A stretch of 61,409 nucleotides of DNA, counting the filler, from Bacteriovoracaceae bacterium (GTDB taxonomy: Bacteria; Bdellovibrionota; Bacteriovoracia; Bacteriovoracales; Bacteriovoracaceae): NCBI GenBank assembly GCA_018649885.1. It is 6 parts of 6 records of this genome, joined end to end, with 100 filler letters (N's around TTAATTAATTAA, not from the genome) between each part and the next. Parts side by side here need not be neighbours in the genome. Positions count along the whole stretch, not along the records: positions 56,720 to 61,409 come from JABIHA010000064.1; 5 more parts are not named here. The stretch is one strand, 5' to 3'. Shown here in pieces: positions 60,855-61,409 of the stretch; position 1 is the stretch's first letter; the number at the start of each line of letters is the position of its first letter. Made by a program: the position numbers and the translations under genes. The notes beneath the pieces are model-generated. The model saw only the letters and a list, made by a program, of their open reading frames with translations. It did no database searches and was not told the DNA's origin.

Positions 60855-61409
60855 TCAAAAGTTTTCAAATCTCAGAAATTTCTGTTGAAATTTAAGAGTT
60901 ATTTTACCGGTAGGACCGGTTTTCTGTTTTACGATACTAAGATCAACTTCACCACGTCTTTTGGTTGGATTATAATAGTCTTCTCTATGTAACAATATAA
61001 CTACATCAGCATCCTGTTCAATAAATCCAGACTCCCGCAAGTCTAATATTCCTGGTATATATCCTTCACGTGTTTCTACTGATTGATTCAATTGATAAAC
61101 GACAATCACCGGTACATCTAATTCTCTGGCCAGCGCCTTCAGGCCACTTAGAATCCTAGAGATAGCTTGTTGCCTGTCTTCTGCCCTTCCAGCTTCCATT
61201 AATTGCAGATCATCAATAATAACCAACTGTATTTCATACTGCAGCTTTAGGAGTCTGGCTTTAGCACATATTTCAAGTAAGCCAAGTCCGGGAGTGTCAT
61301 CGATATATATTGCCGACTTTGATAACTCCTCATTTGCTAAAGAAAGCTTAGACCTATCATTGTCGCTAAGCTTGCCCGTACTCATTAAGTGCGCATCAAT
61401 TTTAGCAGC
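60855..61409 (-). CDS. dnaB: DnaB-like helicase C-terminal domain, 5' end outside the window, with divergent motifs
   Basis: IYIDDTPG, LKALARELDVPVI, DLRESG.IEQDADVVILLHR. Confidence 0.85.
   Translation of the reverse strand, partial: AAKIDAHLMSTGKLSDNDRSKLSLANEELSKSAIYIDDTPGLGLLEICAKARLLKLQYEIQLVIIDDLQLMEAGRAEDRQQAISRILSGLKALARELDVPVIVVYQLNQSVETREGYIPGILDLRESGFIEQDADVVILLHREDYYNPTKRRGEVDLSIVKQKTGPTGKITLKFQQKFLRFENF

Noticed and set aside
1..61409. rRNA, tRNA, cas or reverse-transcriptase genes; the many short antisense ORFs in the track
   Set aside because: None recognised by eye; the short ORFs overlap well-supported genes and are treated as shadows.

Overview
This window is not one continuous locus. 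It is six contigs joined by artificial 100-nt linkers (44 N + TTAATTAATTAA + 44 N): 1-25409, 25510-30345, 30446-35389, 35490-53194, 53295-56619 and 56720-61409. Most of it is AT-rich DNA whose gene content (many orphan secreted proteins, lipoproteins with GLUG and FG-GAP repeats, a multicopy HNH family) suggests a Bdellovibrionota/Bacteriovoracia-like genome bin; this assignment is inference. Recognisable genes are proBA, a fatty-acid hydroxylase, a U32 protein, a membrane-fused spermidine-synthase-like protein, a narK / diheme cytochrome c / narGH nitrate-respiration cluster with FNR-like boxes, cspA, btpA, a glycosylation cluster, rsgA and an SDR. Three things stand out. (1) A RAYT-type HUH transposase gene sits tightly between 33-bp inverted repeats, and at two different loci its left end is preceded by an array of ten variably truncated 5' prefixes of that end. 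(2) An HNH nuclease family is accompanied by a degenerate non-coding repeat family, arranged in tandem upstream and inverted downstream. (3) A probably frameshifted giant secreted protein of about 2,780 aa carries two tandem [HExxH peptidase-like + PI3/4-kinase-like] modules. Contig 3 starts with a chimeric GC-rich pgeF fragment. Contig 6 looks like a mobile or defence region, possibly from another organism.
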